From positions 8,381-65,007 of the forward strand of contig DFJD01000032.1 of assembly GCA_002372875.1 (NCBI GenBank): 56,627 bases of DNA, in the 5' to 3' direction. The DNA is from Clostridiales bacterium UBA3680 (GTDB taxonomy: Bacteria > Bacillota > Clostridia > Lachnospirales > CAG-274). Under the pieces are notes generated by a model. That model had not been told where the DNA came from. It was given only the letters and a program-made list of their open reading frames with translations, and searched no databases. Made by a program: the position numbers and the translations under genes. Shown here piece by piece: positions 42,307 through 53,109 of this stretch (positions are counted from its first letter, which is position 1; each line of letters opens with the position of its first letter).

Positions 42307-43479
42307 ATGAAAAGATTTTTCACATCGGAGTCTGTAACGGAAGGACATCCCGATAAGATATGCGACCAAATTTCGGATGCGGTTCTTGATGCCATATTGG
42401 AACAGGATGAAAACGCAAGGGTCGCATGTGAGACCATGACGACAACGGGTCTTATAATGGTAGCGGGGGAAATAACCACCGACTGTTATGTTGACATAGA
42501 TAAAATTGCAAGAGAGACTGTAAGAAATATAGGATATGATAGGGCAAAATACGGCTTTGACTGTGATTCTTGTGCCGTTATCACTTCCTTAAAAGGGCAA
42601 AGCCCCGATATTGCGCAGGGGGTCGATAATTCCCTTGAGGTAAGAAACGGTGATACCACCGAAGATGACAACGGAGCGGGAGATCAAGGTATGATGTTCG
42701 GCTTTGCGTGCGATGAAACTCCCGATTATATGCCCGCTCCCATCTATTATGCCCATAAGCTTACAAGAAGACTTGCACAGGTAAGAAAAGAGGGCATTTT
42801 AAACTATCTTCGTCCCGACGGCAAAAGCCAGGTGACTGTGGAGTATGACGATGATAAGGTGAAAAGGATAGATTCCGTTGTTATTTCCACACAGCACAGC
42901 GAAGAGGCGGAACACGACCAAATTGAAAAAGATATAATTGAAAATGTAATAAAGGCTGTTATCCCCGCAGAACTTCTTGATGAGAATACGAAGTACTATG
43001 TAAATCCCACGGGTAGATTTGTTGTGGGTGGCCCTATGGGTGATGTGGGACTTACGGGCAGAAAGATAATAGTTGACACCTACGGAGGATATGCAAGCCA
43101 CGGCGGCGGTGCCTTCAGCGGAAAGGATCCCACAAAGGTAGACCGCTCGGCTGCCTATATGGCAAGATACCTTGCTAAAAACATTGTTGCAAGCAAGATT
43201 GCAAAAAGCTGTGAGCTTCAGCTCTCCTATGCCATAGGTGTGGCAAAACCTCTTTCGATATATGTCAACACAAATGGAACAGGTAAAATATCGGATGAGC
43301 AGATCGTTAAGCTTATAGAGGAAAACTTCGACTTAAGACCTACGGCGATAATAAAAAGGCTCGATTTGAAAAAACCTATATACAAACAGACTGCCGCATA
43401 CGGACATTTCGGAAGAAGCGATGTAGATCTGCCCTGGGAAAGACTTGACTGTACGGAGGTATTCGGAGGAGCATTATGA
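42307..43479 (+). CDS. metK: S-adenosylmethionine synthetase
   Basis: Motifs [23 protein letters not shown] and [16 protein letters not shown] are present. Confidence 0.97.
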   Translation: MKRFFTSESVTEGHPDKICDQISDAVLDAILEQDENARVACETMTTTGLIMVAGEITTDCYVDIDKIARETVRNIGYDRAKYGFDCDSCAVITSLKGQSPDIAQGVDNSLEVRNGDTTEDDNGAGDQGMMFGFACDETPDYMPAPIYYAHKLTRRLAQVRKEGILNYLRPDGKSQVTVEYDDDKVKRIDSVVISTQHSEEAEHDQIEKDIIENVIKAVIPAELLDENTKYYVNPTGRFVVGGPMGDVGLTGRKIIVDTYGGYASHGGGAFSGKDPTKVDRSAAYMARYLAKNIVASKIAKSCELQLSYAIGVAKPLSIYVNTNGTGKISDEQIVKLIEENFDLRPTAIIKRLDLKKPIYKQTAAYGHFGRSDVDLPWERLDCTEVFGGAL

Positions 43480-44012
43480 AAAATACTCCGAACTATATTC
43501 AGTTTCGCTATACGGGAATGATGATAGGGGATATTTACACTCTTTACTACGTAAAGGGCGGAAAGGGAGCCTATCTGTATAAGAAATTTATGATGATGGA
43601 AGATACAAACGGTGTATGCAGGGTCGATGAGGAAACCGAAAAAAGGCTGTTTGCACTGCTTGATGAATTCAATGCACCTTCTTGGAACGGTTTTTACAAA
43701 AACAACAAAAATGTGCTTGACGGTTACAGTGCCGACATAACCGTAAAATATCCATCCGGGGAGAAAATAAGTGCCGTCGGGTACAATGAATCTCCCGAGG
43801 GAATGCTTTCTTTCGGCTTTGAAATGAAAAATGTATTTTTCGAAAAGAAAGAAGAATTTATAACTTTTGAAGGAATGGATTTTAATAAGGATGCTCTTCC
43901 ATACATTATAAAAGAAAACGGAAAAGATGACTTTACCCTTGAAAAAGCGGCAAGAAATCTTGAATGTGATGAAGAAACAGCCAAAAGAGTATTGGAGGAA
44001 TTGGAAAAATGA
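43476..44012 (+). CDS. Hypothetical protein (178 aa)
   Basis: Its start is in an ATGA overlap with the metK stop. I recognise no motif. Confidence 0.6.
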   Translation: MKNTPNYIQFRYTGMMIGDIYTLYYVKGGKGAYLYKKFMMMEDTNGVCRVDEETEKRLFALLDEFNAPSWNGFYKNNKNVLDGYSADITVKYPSGEKISAVGYNESPEGMLSFGFEMKNVFFEKKEEFITFEGMDFNKDALPYIIKENGKDDFTLEKAARNLECDEETAKRVLEELEK

Positions 44013-45079
44013 AAATTAAGAAAATAGTTGCCGCATTGCTTACGGCTGTAATGGTGCCGACATTCATGTCCTTTGAGGCTTTTGCGGCAGAACTGACCGT
44101 ATCGGCAGAAAATGTATCCGTATCCGAGGGAGAAAAATTTGACTTTCCCGTTAAACTGTCGGGAAATCCCGGAATAATGACTGTGGGCTTCAATGTAAAT
44201 TATCCGGAGGCGCTTACATTAAAGAGCGTTAAAAACGGAGAAGTTTTCGAGGATAATTGCCTTGAAACAGGGCCTATGGATAAATCTCCCTACACCGTGT
44301 CCTTTCTCGACCCGTCAATTAAGGATACCGCAAAAAACGGAGTTCTTCTTACTCTTACCTTTGAGGTAAAACAGGGAGCAAACGGAGAGTATCCCATTTC
44401 CTTTTCAACAGACTCGTTAAGCGGAGCTTTAAACGTAAATGAGGAATGGATAGATATGAGCTTTAAGGATGGGTCCGTTGTAATAGGGGATGCAGAGGAA
44501 AAGCAAACAGAGCTTATAACAAAAAGACAGGAAGATAAAACAATGTTTGTTACCACCGAGCAAACCACGGCGGTGACAACGGAGCAAATTTCGGAGGAAA
44601 CCACCGAAGAGAGCACCGAGCAGACGGAGGGCGAAAGCAAAACAGATGAAAACACAGCTCTTTTTGATACAATAAAGCTGACCATAGGTTCAAACATCGT
44701 GCGTATAGGCGATAAGGAGCTTGAAATGGATGCAAAGCCCTACATACAATCGCAGTCAAGCTCGACCCTTGTGCCTTTAAGATTTGCTTCTGTGGCTATA
44801 CTTGGAGGGGATGCAAGCAATTCCGATTCATCCGATTTGATAGAATGGGATCCCGAAAAAAAGAGTGCGACCATACACCTTCCCCAAAAGGACGTTACAT
44901 TCACGGCAGATTCTTCGGAAATAATTATCGATTCTGAGGCTGTTGAAATGGACTACGGAGTTAAGGCGGAAATAACGGAGGGAAGAATGTACATTCCTTT
45001 CCGAGCTTTGGGAAATGCCTTAGGTGTAGCCGTGGATTGGGATGCCGAAAGTAAAACAGCCATATATACGGTTAAATGA
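44009..45079 (+). CDS. Secreted cohesin-domain protein with a Thr/Glu linker and a copper-amine-oxidase-N-terminal-like (stalk) domain
   Basis: It has a signal peptide and a cohesin-type pattern (LTVSAENVSVSEGEKFDFPVKLSGNPGIMTVGFNVNYPEALTLKSV...NGVLLTLTFEVKQGANGEYPISF). The linker is TTEQTTAVTTEQISEETTEES, and the C-terminus is LVPLRFASV...MYIPFRALGNALGVAVDWD. Confidence 0.75.
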   Translation: MKIKKIVAALLTAVMVPTFMSFEAFAAELTVSAENVSVSEGEKFDFPVKLSGNPGIMTVGFNVNYPEALTLKSVKNGEVFEDNCLETGPMDKSPYTVSFLDPSIKDTAKNGVLLTLTFEVKQGANGEYPISFSTDSLSGALNVNEEWIDMSFKDGSVVIGDAEEKQTELITKRQEDKTMFVTTEQTTAVTTEQISEETTEESTEQTEGESKTDENTALFDTIKLTIGSNIVRIGDKELEMDAKPYIQSQSSSTLVPLRFASVAILGGDASNSDSSDLIEWDPEKKSATIHLPQKDVTFTADSSEIIIDSEAVEMDYGVKAEITEGRMYIPFRALGNALGVAVDWDAESKTAIYTVK

Positions 45080-46122
45080 AGGAACTTGTTAACACCTCCC
45101 GTTACCTTCTAAAAGAAGGATTTTTGCCTATACACATTGTGGGTGAAACAGGGAATATCGACCATAATACCCATGCCGCCGCCTTTAAAAAGTCGGTGGC
45201 GGGAATAAAATATTACATATTCCTGATTGATGCAAATAAGGAATATAAGGGCCTTTATAACTTTTTGCTTCAAAAAAATGTCAGCGGTAAGGATAACGTT
45301 GTTGTGGGTGTGTTTTTCGGCGAGCAAACGGAAGAGCTCTCCGCCTTTACACAGGTGGATTTTGATGCCGAAGCACCCATAGCCGACGTTAGATGGATAG
45401 CCGACACGAAAGACAAAACAATAAAGACCCATCCCAACACTCCTACAAGGGTGCAGGGAACGGAGGAAGCGGTAAGACTCGGCTTGAATGCAAATGAGGA
45501 TGGATCTCTCGAAGCAAGCAGTTTTAGGGAGATATATTCTTCGAGGGAAAAGGAAAATATTAAAAGCAAAAAGGTTTATCTTACATACATAATAATAGCG
45601 ATAAATGCTGTAATGCTCTTGATCACAGGCTTTTTCCCCACGACCGAGAAGCTTCTTGCCTGTGGTGCTCTTTGCGGAGAAAATGTATCCGAGGGAGAAG
45701 TATACAGACTTGTGACACATGTTTTTCTTCACTCGGGGCTGTTACATTTTGCCGCTAATTCTATTGGCTTATATATTTTGGGCACAAGAGCGGAAATGTT
45801 TTTCGGCAGAGTTAAGTATGTTCTTTACTACCTTTTTACGGGGGTTCTTGCAGGAGCGACCTCTCTTGCTTTTTCCGCACCGGGAACGGTCTCGGTGGGT
45901 GCCTCAGGAGCAATATGCGGTATTATGGGAGCTTTGTTTGTTTTTTCCCTTGTTAAGAGGGTGACCGTAAGAGGACTTGACAGCTTTGCGTTGGCTCTTT
46001 ATGTGGCAGTCAGTCTTGCAAGCGGATTTTTAACGGAACATGTGGATAATTTCGCTCATTTCGGCGGATTTATCTCGGGTGCCGTTATAGAACTTATAGT
46101 AAGGAAAGTAAGAGATAAATGA
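45076..46122 (+). CDS. Rhomboid-family intramembrane serine protease with a soluble N-terminal domain
   Basis: The HVFLHSGLLHFAANS (HxxxN) motif, catalytic GASGAICG and a downstream FAHFGG histidine are present, with 6 predicted TM helices. Confidence 0.85.
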   Translation: MKELVNTSRYLLKEGFLPIHIVGETGNIDHNTHAAAFKKSVAGIKYYIFLIDANKEYKGLYNFLLQKNVSGKDNVVVGVFFGEQTEELSAFTQVDFDAEAPIADVRWIADTKDKTIKTHPNTPTRVQGTEEAVRLGLNANEDGSLEASSFREIYSSREKENIKSKKVYLTYIIIAINAVMLLITGFFPTTEKLLACGALCGENVSEGEVYRLVTHVFLHSGLLHFAANSIGLYILGTRAEMFFGRVKYVLYYLFTGVLAGATSLAFSAPGTVSVGASGAICGIMGALFVFSLVKRVTVRGLDSFALALYVAVSLASGFLTEHVDNFAHFGGFISGAVIELIVRKVRDK

Positions 46123-46688
46123 AGATAGAACAATTCAACCAAAAACTGCGGGCCGATACTATCAAATATTTTTCTTGTGAGCCCGTTATGGGAGATGGTC
46201 CCCAAGATGCGGATATTGTGCTGATAGGGGAGGCACCCGGAGCAAACGAGGTAAAACTCGGTCGTCCTTTTGTGGGAGCTGCGGGAAAAAATCTTCAAAA
46301 GTATCTGGATATATCCTCTCTGAAAAGGGAGGATATATATATAACAAACGTAGTCAAGATAAGACCGGTAAAACCGAGTCCTAAAACGGGTAAGCCCGTG
46401 AACAGACCTCCCGATAAGCGAGAACTTGATTTTTTTGTGAGTTATCTGTTTGACGAGCTTGAAATAATTGCACCAAAAACGGTCATAACCTTGGGAAATT
46501 TTTCTTTAAAAAAAATTTACGGCGATGAAAAGGCCGTAATAGGCGAATTGCACGGAAAACCAATAAAAAAAGATAAATACATTCTGTTTCCAATGTATCA
46601 TCCGGCTTCCATAATATACAACAGAAGCCTTGAAGATACCTTTAAAAAGGATTGGGAAAAGATTAAAAATCTGATTGGAGGAAAATAA
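46119..46688 (+). CDS. Uracil-DNA glycosylase, family 4
   Basis: Motif A GEAPGANE, then GRPFVGAAGKNL, and motif B HPAS are present. Confidence 0.88.
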   Translation: MKIEQFNQKLRADTIKYFSCEPVMGDGPQDADIVLIGEAPGANEVKLGRPFVGAAGKNLQKYLDISSLKREDIYITNVVKIRPVKPSPKTGKPVNRPPDKRELDFFVSYLFDELEIIAPKTVITLGNFSLKKIYGDEKAVIGELHGKPIKKDKYILFPMYHPASIIYNRSLEDTFKKDWEKIKNLIGGK

Positions 46689-46690
46689 AA

Positions 46691-47524
46691 ATGAGCGACT
46701 GTTCTTCATGTCCCTCTAACGGGAAATGCGGAAACGATTCGGGACAATGTGGGGTAGTGAACAACCCTGCAAATAAAATTAAAAATGTAATAGGTGTTAT
46801 GAGTGGTAAAGGCGGTGTCGGTAAATCCACCATATCGGCGATGCTTGCTTCGGAACTTAAGAAAAAGGGTTATCGTGTGGGTTTGCTTGATGCCGACATT
46901 ACGGGACCGAGTGCCTGCAGATTGATGGGTGTTACGGGCAAAAAAGCCTATTCCGACGGAAAAAACATTATACCCGTAGAAAATGAGGAGGGCATAAAGG
47001 TAATAAGTCTTAATCTTCTTCTGCCCGATGAAAATCAGCCCGTGGTATGGAGAGGCTCTCTTCTTTCAAACTGTGTTGTTCAGTTTTGGAATGAGACCCT
47101 TTGGGGCGAGCTTGATTATCTTATAGTGGATATGCCCCCCGGCACGGGAGATATCACTCTTACCGTTATGCAATCTATTCCACTTGCGGGAGTTATTGTT
47201 GTGACACTTCCACAGGATATGGTTGCAATGATAGTAAACAAAGCCATAAATATGGCAAAACTTATGAAAATAAAAATACTCGGGGTTGCCGAAAATATGA
47301 GCTATACGCTATGTCCAAACTGTGGAGAAAAAATAAGGATATTCTCGGGTAATTCAGGAGAGGATTTTTGCAAAGAAAATGATACGGTTTTGCTTGGCTC
47401 TCTTCCCGTGGATCCGGATCTGGCAGCCTTATCCTCCGAGGGCAAGGCTCACCTTAAGGATGAAATAGCCGATGTTTTCGCACAAATGGCACAAAAAGTT
47501 ATAAAAGCTGTTGAAAATGAATAA
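46691..47524 (+). CDS. Mrp/NBP35-family iron-sulfur cluster carrier ATPase
   Basis: It has an N-terminal Cys-rich segment (CSSCPSNGKC), the deviant Walker A SGKGGVGKST and the motif CPNCGE. Confidence 0.88.
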   Translation: MSDCSSCPSNGKCGNDSGQCGVVNNPANKIKNVIGVMSGKGGVGKSTISAMLASELKKKGYRVGLLDADITGPSACRLMGVTGKKAYSDGKNIIPVENEEGIKVISLNLLLPDENQPVVWRGSLLSNCVVQFWNETLWGELDYLIVDMPPGTGDITLTVMQSIPLAGVIVVTLPQDMVAMIVNKAINMAKLMKIKILGVAENMSYTLCPNCGEKIRIFSGNSGEDFCKENDTVLLGSLPVDPDLAALSSEGKAHLKDEIADVFAQMAQKVIKAVENE

Positions 47525-48140
47525 AATAAATTATCAAAGGGTAATGGAAGAGGAAATAGAAAAAATAAAGGCATCGGGAACAACACCCTCCCTGCTTTTA
47601 CATAGCTGTTGCGGCCCCTGCTCAAGCTATGTTCTTGAATGTGTTGCTCGGTTCTTTTCTGTTACCCTTTTCTACTATAATCCGAATATTTACCCCGAAA
47701 AAGAATATATTCATCGCTTGAATGAACAGTTAAAGCTGATAAACGCCATGCCTTCAAAAAATAAAATTTCTCTTATGGAGTCCGAATACGATCACGGAAG
47801 TTTTTTGACTGCCGTAAAAGGACTTGAAAAGGAGAAGGAGGGCGGAAAAAGGTGCACCGAATGTTTTAAACTCAGATTGACTGAAAGTGCAAAAAAAGCT
47901 AAGGAATACGGCTTTGACTATTTTTCCACTACTCTTACGGTAAGCCCTCATAAAAATTCACAGCTTTTAAATGAGCTCGGAAAAGAGATCTCAAATCGCT
48001 ATTCCGTTAAATATCTTTATTCCGATTTCAAAAAAAAGGAAGGTTATAAGCGTTCCGTTCAGCTTGCAAAACAATATGAACTATATCGTCAAAATTACTG
48101 CGGTTGCGAGTTTTCCGTATGGTGGGAGGATGAAAAATGA
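47517..48140 (+). CDS. queH: Epoxyqueuosine reductase QueH (DUF208)
   Basis: Motifs [13 protein letters not shown] and the C-terminal NYCGCEFS are present. Confidence 0.88.
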   Translation: MNKINYQRVMEEEIEKIKASGTTPSLLLHSCCGPCSSYVLECVARFFSVTLFYYNPNIYPEKEYIHRLNEQLKLINAMPSKNKISLMESEYDHGSFLTAVKGLEKEKEGGKRCTECFKLRLTESAKKAKEYGFDYFSTTLTVSPHKNSQLLNELGKEISNRYSVKYLYSDFKKKEGYKRSVQLAKQYELYRQNYCGCEFSVWWEDEK

Positions 48141-48622
48141 TAAGAGTTGGTATCGGCTACGATGTACATAAAATTGCCGAAAACAGAAAAATGATAATAG
48201 GCGGTGTTACCATTCCTTATGAAAAGGGCTTGCTTGGTCATTCCGATGCCGATGTGTTGTTGCATGCCATATCCGATGCTCTGTTGGGAGCGGCAAAACT
48301 TGGGGATATAGGTGTGCTCTTTCCGGATAACGATCCGAAATACGAAGGGGCAAACAGTTTGCTTTTGCTTGAAGAGGTAGGCAAACTGCTTGATGAAAAG
48401 GGCTACAGAACCGTCAACATAGATGCGGTCATAATAGCTCAGGAGCCGAAAATGCGTAAATATATACCGCTTATGGAGAAAAATATCGCTATGGCACTGA
48501 AAACAGCTGAAGATTGTATAAACATAAAGGCGACCACAGAAGAAGGACTTGGCTTTACAGGAGCAAAAGAGGGTATAGCAAGCCAGGCTGTGTGCCTTAT
48601 AGAGAAAAAATATGAAAATTAA
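48137..48622 (+). CDS. ispF: 2-C-methyl-D-erythritol 2,4-cyclodiphosphate synthase
   Basis: Motifs [10 protein letters not shown] and [19 protein letters not shown] are present, and at 161 aa the length fits. Confidence 0.95.
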   Translation: MIRVGIGYDVHKIAENRKMIIGGVTIPYEKGLLGHSDADVLLHAISDALLGAAKLGDIGVLFPDNDPKYEGANSLLLLEEVGKLLDEKGYRTVNIDAVIIAQEPKMRKYIPLMEKNIAMALKTAEDCINIKATTEEGLGFTGAKEGIASQAVCLIEKKYEN

Positions 48623-49787
48623 AAGATTTGTCGGGTTGCTTTTTACGGCAACCCTTTTATTAAATACGACGGTGCATGCCGAAGATGAATATATACTTAA
48701 TTATCGTTTCGGCGACGGCATTGAAAAAAGTGATACCGTTTCCCTTTATTCCGAAGATCACAGGTATTACTCCCTTATATCGGACAATGCCAAAAAGGTT
48801 TATGGGGATATAATACCACAGCTTTCTCCGAATAATATAGTAAAAACAACAAACGGCTACTATATGACCACAGTATCCTATAACGTGCCAAATAAAATAG
48901 GGAACCCCGGCTCGGAGGCTACCCTTAACGTTCTTCTTGAGATGCAAAAGGCAATGGCATACGATGATCCCGAACTATACTGGGTATGTCCCATAGTTAA
49001 ATGGAGCTATAATTATATAGGCTTTATGACCGTTTGCACCGGAGAAATAGTAAATCTTCAAATAGATCCGACAGGCTCTGTAGATAAGGAAGAAACTCTT
49101 GAAAATATTGCAATCGTTGAGCCGTGGAATGAGTCGCTTGCAGAACAAGCGGCAAAGTTTTCAAGCAGATATGAACAAATAAGGTATGTTCATGATAAAA
49201 TATGTGAGGCTGCCGAATACGGCTATGTGGATTCAGATGTGCAATGGTACTCTCATAATGCCGTGGGTATTCCCAAAAACGGTAAGGCGGTATGTCAGGG
49301 CTATTGTGCTACATTTAAAATAATAATGGATAAACTCGGCATCCCTTGTGTGATGCTCTATAATTCAACACATATGTGGAATGCCGTACAAATGGATGAC
49401 GGACAGTGGTATTATATAGATGTTACATGGGACGACGGTGAAGTACCCGATTATGATTATTTCCTTAAAGGAGAAGCGAACTTTACGAAAAATCATGTGT
49501 ACACAAAAGTTCTTCCCATAGTTTTTTCGGATGACGATTATATACCGTCTCAGGCTGCCACGCAGACCGATATCGAAGAAACCACCGAACAAAATACCAC
49601 TCTTTCCGACGGTAAGGGAGATGTAAATTCCGACGGAACAGTGAACCGCGCCGATTATATTCTTGCCTCGGTGTTTTTTTCGGGAAAAGAGGTGCAAATA
49701 AATACATATAATACCGATGTAAACTCCGACGGAACGGTTAATCGTGCCGATTATATAATGCTTGGCAGGTTTTTTGCAGGACGCTGA
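48612..49787 (+). CDS. Secreted transglutaminase-like domain protein with a C-terminal type-I dockerin
   Basis: It has a signal peptide and the transglutaminase core [23 protein letters not shown]...THMWNAV...[10 protein letters not shown]. The duplicated dockerin Ca-loops are [15 protein letters not shown] and [15 protein letters not shown]. Confidence 0.85.
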   Translation: MKIKRFVGLLFTATLLLNTTVHAEDEYILNYRFGDGIEKSDTVSLYSEDHRYYSLISDNAKKVYGDIIPQLSPNNIVKTTNGYYMTTVSYNVPNKIGNPGSEATLNVLLEMQKAMAYDDPELYWVCPIVKWSYNYIGFMTVCTGEIVNLQIDPTGSVDKEETLENIAIVEPWNESLAEQAAKFSSRYEQIRYVHDKICEAAEYGYVDSDVQWYSHNAVGIPKNGKAVCQGYCATFKIIMDKLGIPCVMLYNSTHMWNAVQMDDGQWYYIDVTWDDGEVPDYDYFLKGEANFTKNHVYTKVLPIVFSDDDYIPSQAATQTDIEETTEQNTTLSDGKGDVNSDGTVNRADYILASVFFSGKEVQINTYNTDVNSDGTVNRADYIMLGRFFAGR

Positions 49788-49900
49788 AAATTAAAAAAAT
49801 AATAGTTACACTTTAATGTTTTTCTAATTTCCTTTAAATAACAATCAAATTTTTTCGTACTATAATTACGCCTGTAAACAAAAACAAGGAGGTAACAATA

Positions 49901-50653
49901 ATGTCGATTGAAGTTTTTAACAGAGTTGAAGAAAAATATATAGTTACCAAGGCACAGTACGAAAAAATGGTTTCCCTTTTCGGAACCATGATGAAGTGTG
50001 ATGAATACAGCAAAAACGGAAAGTTTTATCAGATTTGCAACATTTATTACGATACGGCAGATAACAACCTTATCAGAACATCACTTCTTAAACCGAGGTA
50101 CAAAGAAAAATTCAGGCTTCGTTCCTACGGAACACCCAAGGAAGATACTAAGGTTTTCCTTGAGGTAAAAAAGAAATACAACGGAATTGTAAACAAAAGG
50201 CGCTCGACCCTCAGTTTACAGGAAGCCTACGAATTTACGGATACAAATGTTATTCCCGAAATAAAGCCGTACATGAACGAGCAGGTTTTAAAAGAGTTAA
50301 GATATTCTCTGAGCCTGTACAAACTACAGCCTAAAGTTTTTATATCCTATGAAAGAAGAGCTTTTTTCGGAGCGGAAGATGACTCTTTCAGAGTTACCTT
50401 TGACAAAAACATCATTACCAGAAGATACGATGTAGCTCTTGAAAAAGGAGTATACGGTGAAAAGCTTATAAAGGACAATACAATGATCCTTGAGGTGAAA
50501 TACACCGAAAGAATGCCCCTTTGGTTTATTGCCATAATAAGAAAATTGGGGCTTGAAAAGGGAAGCTTTTCAAAATACGGTACAGAGTATAATCGTTTTC
50601 TTGCAAACAAAAAAATGGAATATAACGATATGGAGGTAGTAAAATATGCTTAA
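49901..50653 (+). CDS. VTC-domain (polyphosphate polymerase-like) protein
   Basis: Its size and motifs are typical of bacterial VTC-domain proteins (EEKYIV, ICNIYYDT, FLEVKKK, ILEVKY), and it is paired with a DUF4956 gene. Confidence 0.7.
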   Translation: MSIEVFNRVEEKYIVTKAQYEKMVSLFGTMMKCDEYSKNGKFYQICNIYYDTADNNLIRTSLLKPRYKEKFRLRSYGTPKEDTKVFLEVKKKYNGIVNKRRSTLSLQEAYEFTDTNVIPEIKPYMNEQVLKELRYSLSLYKLQPKVFISYERRAFFGAEDDSFRVTFDKNIITRRYDVALEKGVYGEKLIKDNTMILEVKYTERMPLWFIAIIRKLGLEKGSFSKYGTEYNRFLANKKMEYNDMEVVKYA

Positions 50654-51338
50654 CGAATTTTTAAACTCATTCCAAACATCTGCGGCGGAAACCGTCACAT
50701 CAAGTCAAGCCATCGCCACGATGCTTGTGGCATTTGTAATGGGCGTAATAATCAGCCTTACCTATGTTAAAACTGCCGATAAAGCAACTTATTCACCCAG
50801 CTTTTGCTATACACTTATAATCGTGCCCATAGTTGCGGCAATAATAATTCTTCTTGTGGGAAGCAACCTTGCAACGGCATTTTCCGTAAGCGGAGCCTTT
50901 GCCCTTGTGCGTTTCAGAAGTGAACCGGGTAATCCCAAAAATATAGCGTACATTTTTGCGACCGTTGCCGCCGGACTTGCCTGCGGAGTACAGTGTTTCT
51001 TGTATGCTGCCATATTTACGATTTTCCTTTGCTTTATTATGGTTGTTCTTTCTCTGCTTAAATTTGGTGAAAAGGACGTATACTACAGAAACCTTAAAGT
51101 TCTTGTACCCGAGGATCTCAATTTTGAGGGTGCTTTCGACGAAATATTGTCAAAATACACCAAATCTCATGAGCTTGTAAGAATAGGCACATTGGATCTT
51201 GGCAGCGTTTATGAGCTTAATTATGAGGTAACACTTAAGCACGATACCGACAGCAAGCAATTTATAGACGAGCTCAGAACACGCAACGGAAACCTTACCG
51301 TAGCCCTTTATCTTAAGGCAAGAAAAGGTGAGGTATGA
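50646..51338 (+). CDS. DUF4956-domain membrane protein
   Basis: It has 4 TM helices and the motif FALVRFRSEPGNPKNIAY. Its start overlaps the VTC gene's stop. Confidence 0.65.
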   Translation: MLNEFLNSFQTSAAETVTSSQAIATMLVAFVMGVIISLTYVKTADKATYSPSFCYTLIIVPIVAAIIILLVGSNLATAFSVSGAFALVRFRSEPGNPKNIAYIFATVAAGLACGVQCFLYAAIFTIFLCFIMVVLSLLKFGEKDVYYRNLKVLVPEDLNFEGAFDEILSKYTKSHELVRIGTLDLGSVYELNYEVTLKHDTDSKQFIDELRTRNGNLTVALYLKARKGEV

Positions 51339-51400
51339 TTCGCCTGTAATTCAACCAACTATAACGGTTGATTACTGATACATTTCTTCATTCTTCCTTT

Positions 51401-51427
51401 TATCCCCCCGTATGGGGGATTTTTTGT
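51401..51427 (+). terminator. Intrinsic terminator
   Basis: The stem atccccc/gggggat is followed by a T-run. Confidence 0.85.
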
Positions 51428-51600
51428 TTTGGTTATTGTTTGAATATTTAACGAAAAAAAAGCTAAACAAATGCTTCATTCCGGAGGGGTACGTTTCCTT
51501 AAGGAGAACCCATTTGTTAGCTTCTTTAATGGTATAGCATACACAACAATATATGTCAATTTCAAAACGGAAAATACGATATGGAATTTACGAAAAAATG

Positions 51601-53109
51601 CTATCTTCGTTGTACTCTCTTTTTTGCTGTGCCTATAGCCCTTTCGGGGCAAACGATCAGGCAAAGGTGACATCCTACACATTTACTGCCGTCAAGTGTC
51701 GGCTTGCCGTCATCCCTTAGATTTATTGCACTGTGACCGCCGTCACTGCACGAAATTGCACACCTACCGCAGGCAATACATTTTGAATGATCGAATTTCG
51801 GGAAAAGAACGGTGTCGCGCTCAAGGCTATCGGTAGTGTCACTCACCGTATCGGCGGCAAGACCGACGATCTCTCCTACATTGTTATATCCTTTTTCGGC
51901 AAGATAGTAGTTTAATCCGCTTGTAAGCTCATGTATAATACGGTATCCGTATTGCATTACGGCAGTGGTTACTTGCACCGAACCCGAACCAAGAAGTATA
52001 AACTCCAGTGCATCCTGCCATGTTTCTATGCCACCCATTCCGCTTATGTGCATATCGGAAAGTCCTTTATTATGCGAAAGCTCCGAAATGAAACGAAGTG
52101 CTATGGGTTTTACCGCATTTCCGCTGTATCCGCCTAAAGCAGACCGTCCGCGTACCGAAGGTGCTGCCACAAGTGTGTGCGGATTTACGCCCGTTATACT
52201 CTTTATGGTGTTTATTGCCGATATTCCGTCGGCACCGCCTCGTTTTGCCGCTTCACCTGCAGGTATCATTGAAGCGACATTCGGGGTCAGCTTTGCAAGT
52301 ACAGGTATATTGCAGCCTCGTTTTGCCGCACGCGTAAATTGCTCAACAAATTCGGGCACCTGCCCTATATCGGACCCAAGGCCACCCTCCGCCATATTCG
52401 GACAGGAAAAATTCAACTCAACGGCATCGGCTCCGTTCTGCTCACACATTCCTGCCAATTCTTCCCATTCGGCTTCATCTTTACCCATTATTGATGCCAG
52501 AATGAATTTTGTCGGATAGTTTTGTTTCAGTTTGCGAAATATGGCCATATTTTCGGCAGCACTGTGGTCGGATAGTTGTTCTATGTTTTTAAATCCTATT
52601 ATTTCACCGCTTATACCTTTTATTGCGGAAAAACGAGGTGAAGCCTCATGTATATCAAATGAGCATATCGTCTTGAAAGCGGCGCCTGCCCAACCTGATT
52701 CAAACGCTCTTGCACACATATCGTAGGTGCTTGCGACCACCGATGATGACAAAAGAAACGGATTTTCAAGAGGAATACCGCATAATTCGGTTTTCAGTCT
52801 GCTTTTATCGGTAGGTTCGGGGATTTCAAGAGATGGCCTTATTTCGTCATACAGACGCATCATCAGATTCCGTATAGGTACTTTTCCGGCTCTTACACAG
52901 GCTTTCTCACAGGGGGCTGAACAATTTGTACACGGATTTTCGGGCGGTAGCTCTGCCGCGGCAACTCTGCTGTTATCAAACCATATTCCGCGTAAAGCCT
53001 TTGCCGATATTTTCGCGGGACAGACTTGTTCACAGCGAGCAAAGCCACATAGTGCGCAATTGATTGCTTCCGAAGGGTATATCTTGTTTTCAAATGTCAT
53101 AACGCTCAC
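51601..53109 (-). CDS. Dihydroorotate/dihydropyrimidine dehydrogenase-family (PreA-like) flavoprotein with N- and C-terminal Fe-S cysteine clusters
   Basis: DHOD-fold motifs GADAVELNFSCPN and ISGMGGI are present. The C-terminal 2x[4Fe-4S] pattern is CIACGRCAISC...CVGCHLCLIVCP. There are extra N-terminal Cys motifs CALCGFARCEQVCP and CTNCSAPCEKAC. Confidence 0.8.
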   Translation of the reverse strand: MSVMTFENKIYPSEAINCALCGFARCEQVCPAKISAKALRGIWFDNSRVAAAELPPENPCTNCSAPCEKACVRAGKVPIRNLMMRLYDEIRPSLEIPEPTDKSRLKTELCGIPLENPFLLSSSVVASTYDMCARAFESGWAGAAFKTICSFDIHEASPRFSAIKGISGEIIGFKNIEQLSDHSAAENMAIFRKLKQNYPTKFILASIMGKDEAEWEELAGMCEQNGADAVELNFSCPNMAEGGLGSDIGQVPEFVEQFTRAAKRGCNIPVLAKLTPNVASMIPAGEAAKRGGADGISAINTIKSITGVNPHTLVAAPSVRGRSALGGYSGNAVKPIALRFISELSHNKGLSDMHISGMGGIETWQDALEFILLGSGSVQVTTAVMQYGYRIIHELTSGLNYYLAEKGYNNVGEIVGLAADTVSDTTDSLERDTVLFPKFDHSKCIACGRCAISCSDGGHSAINLRDDGKPTLDGSKCVGCHLCLIVCPERAIGTAKKRVQRR

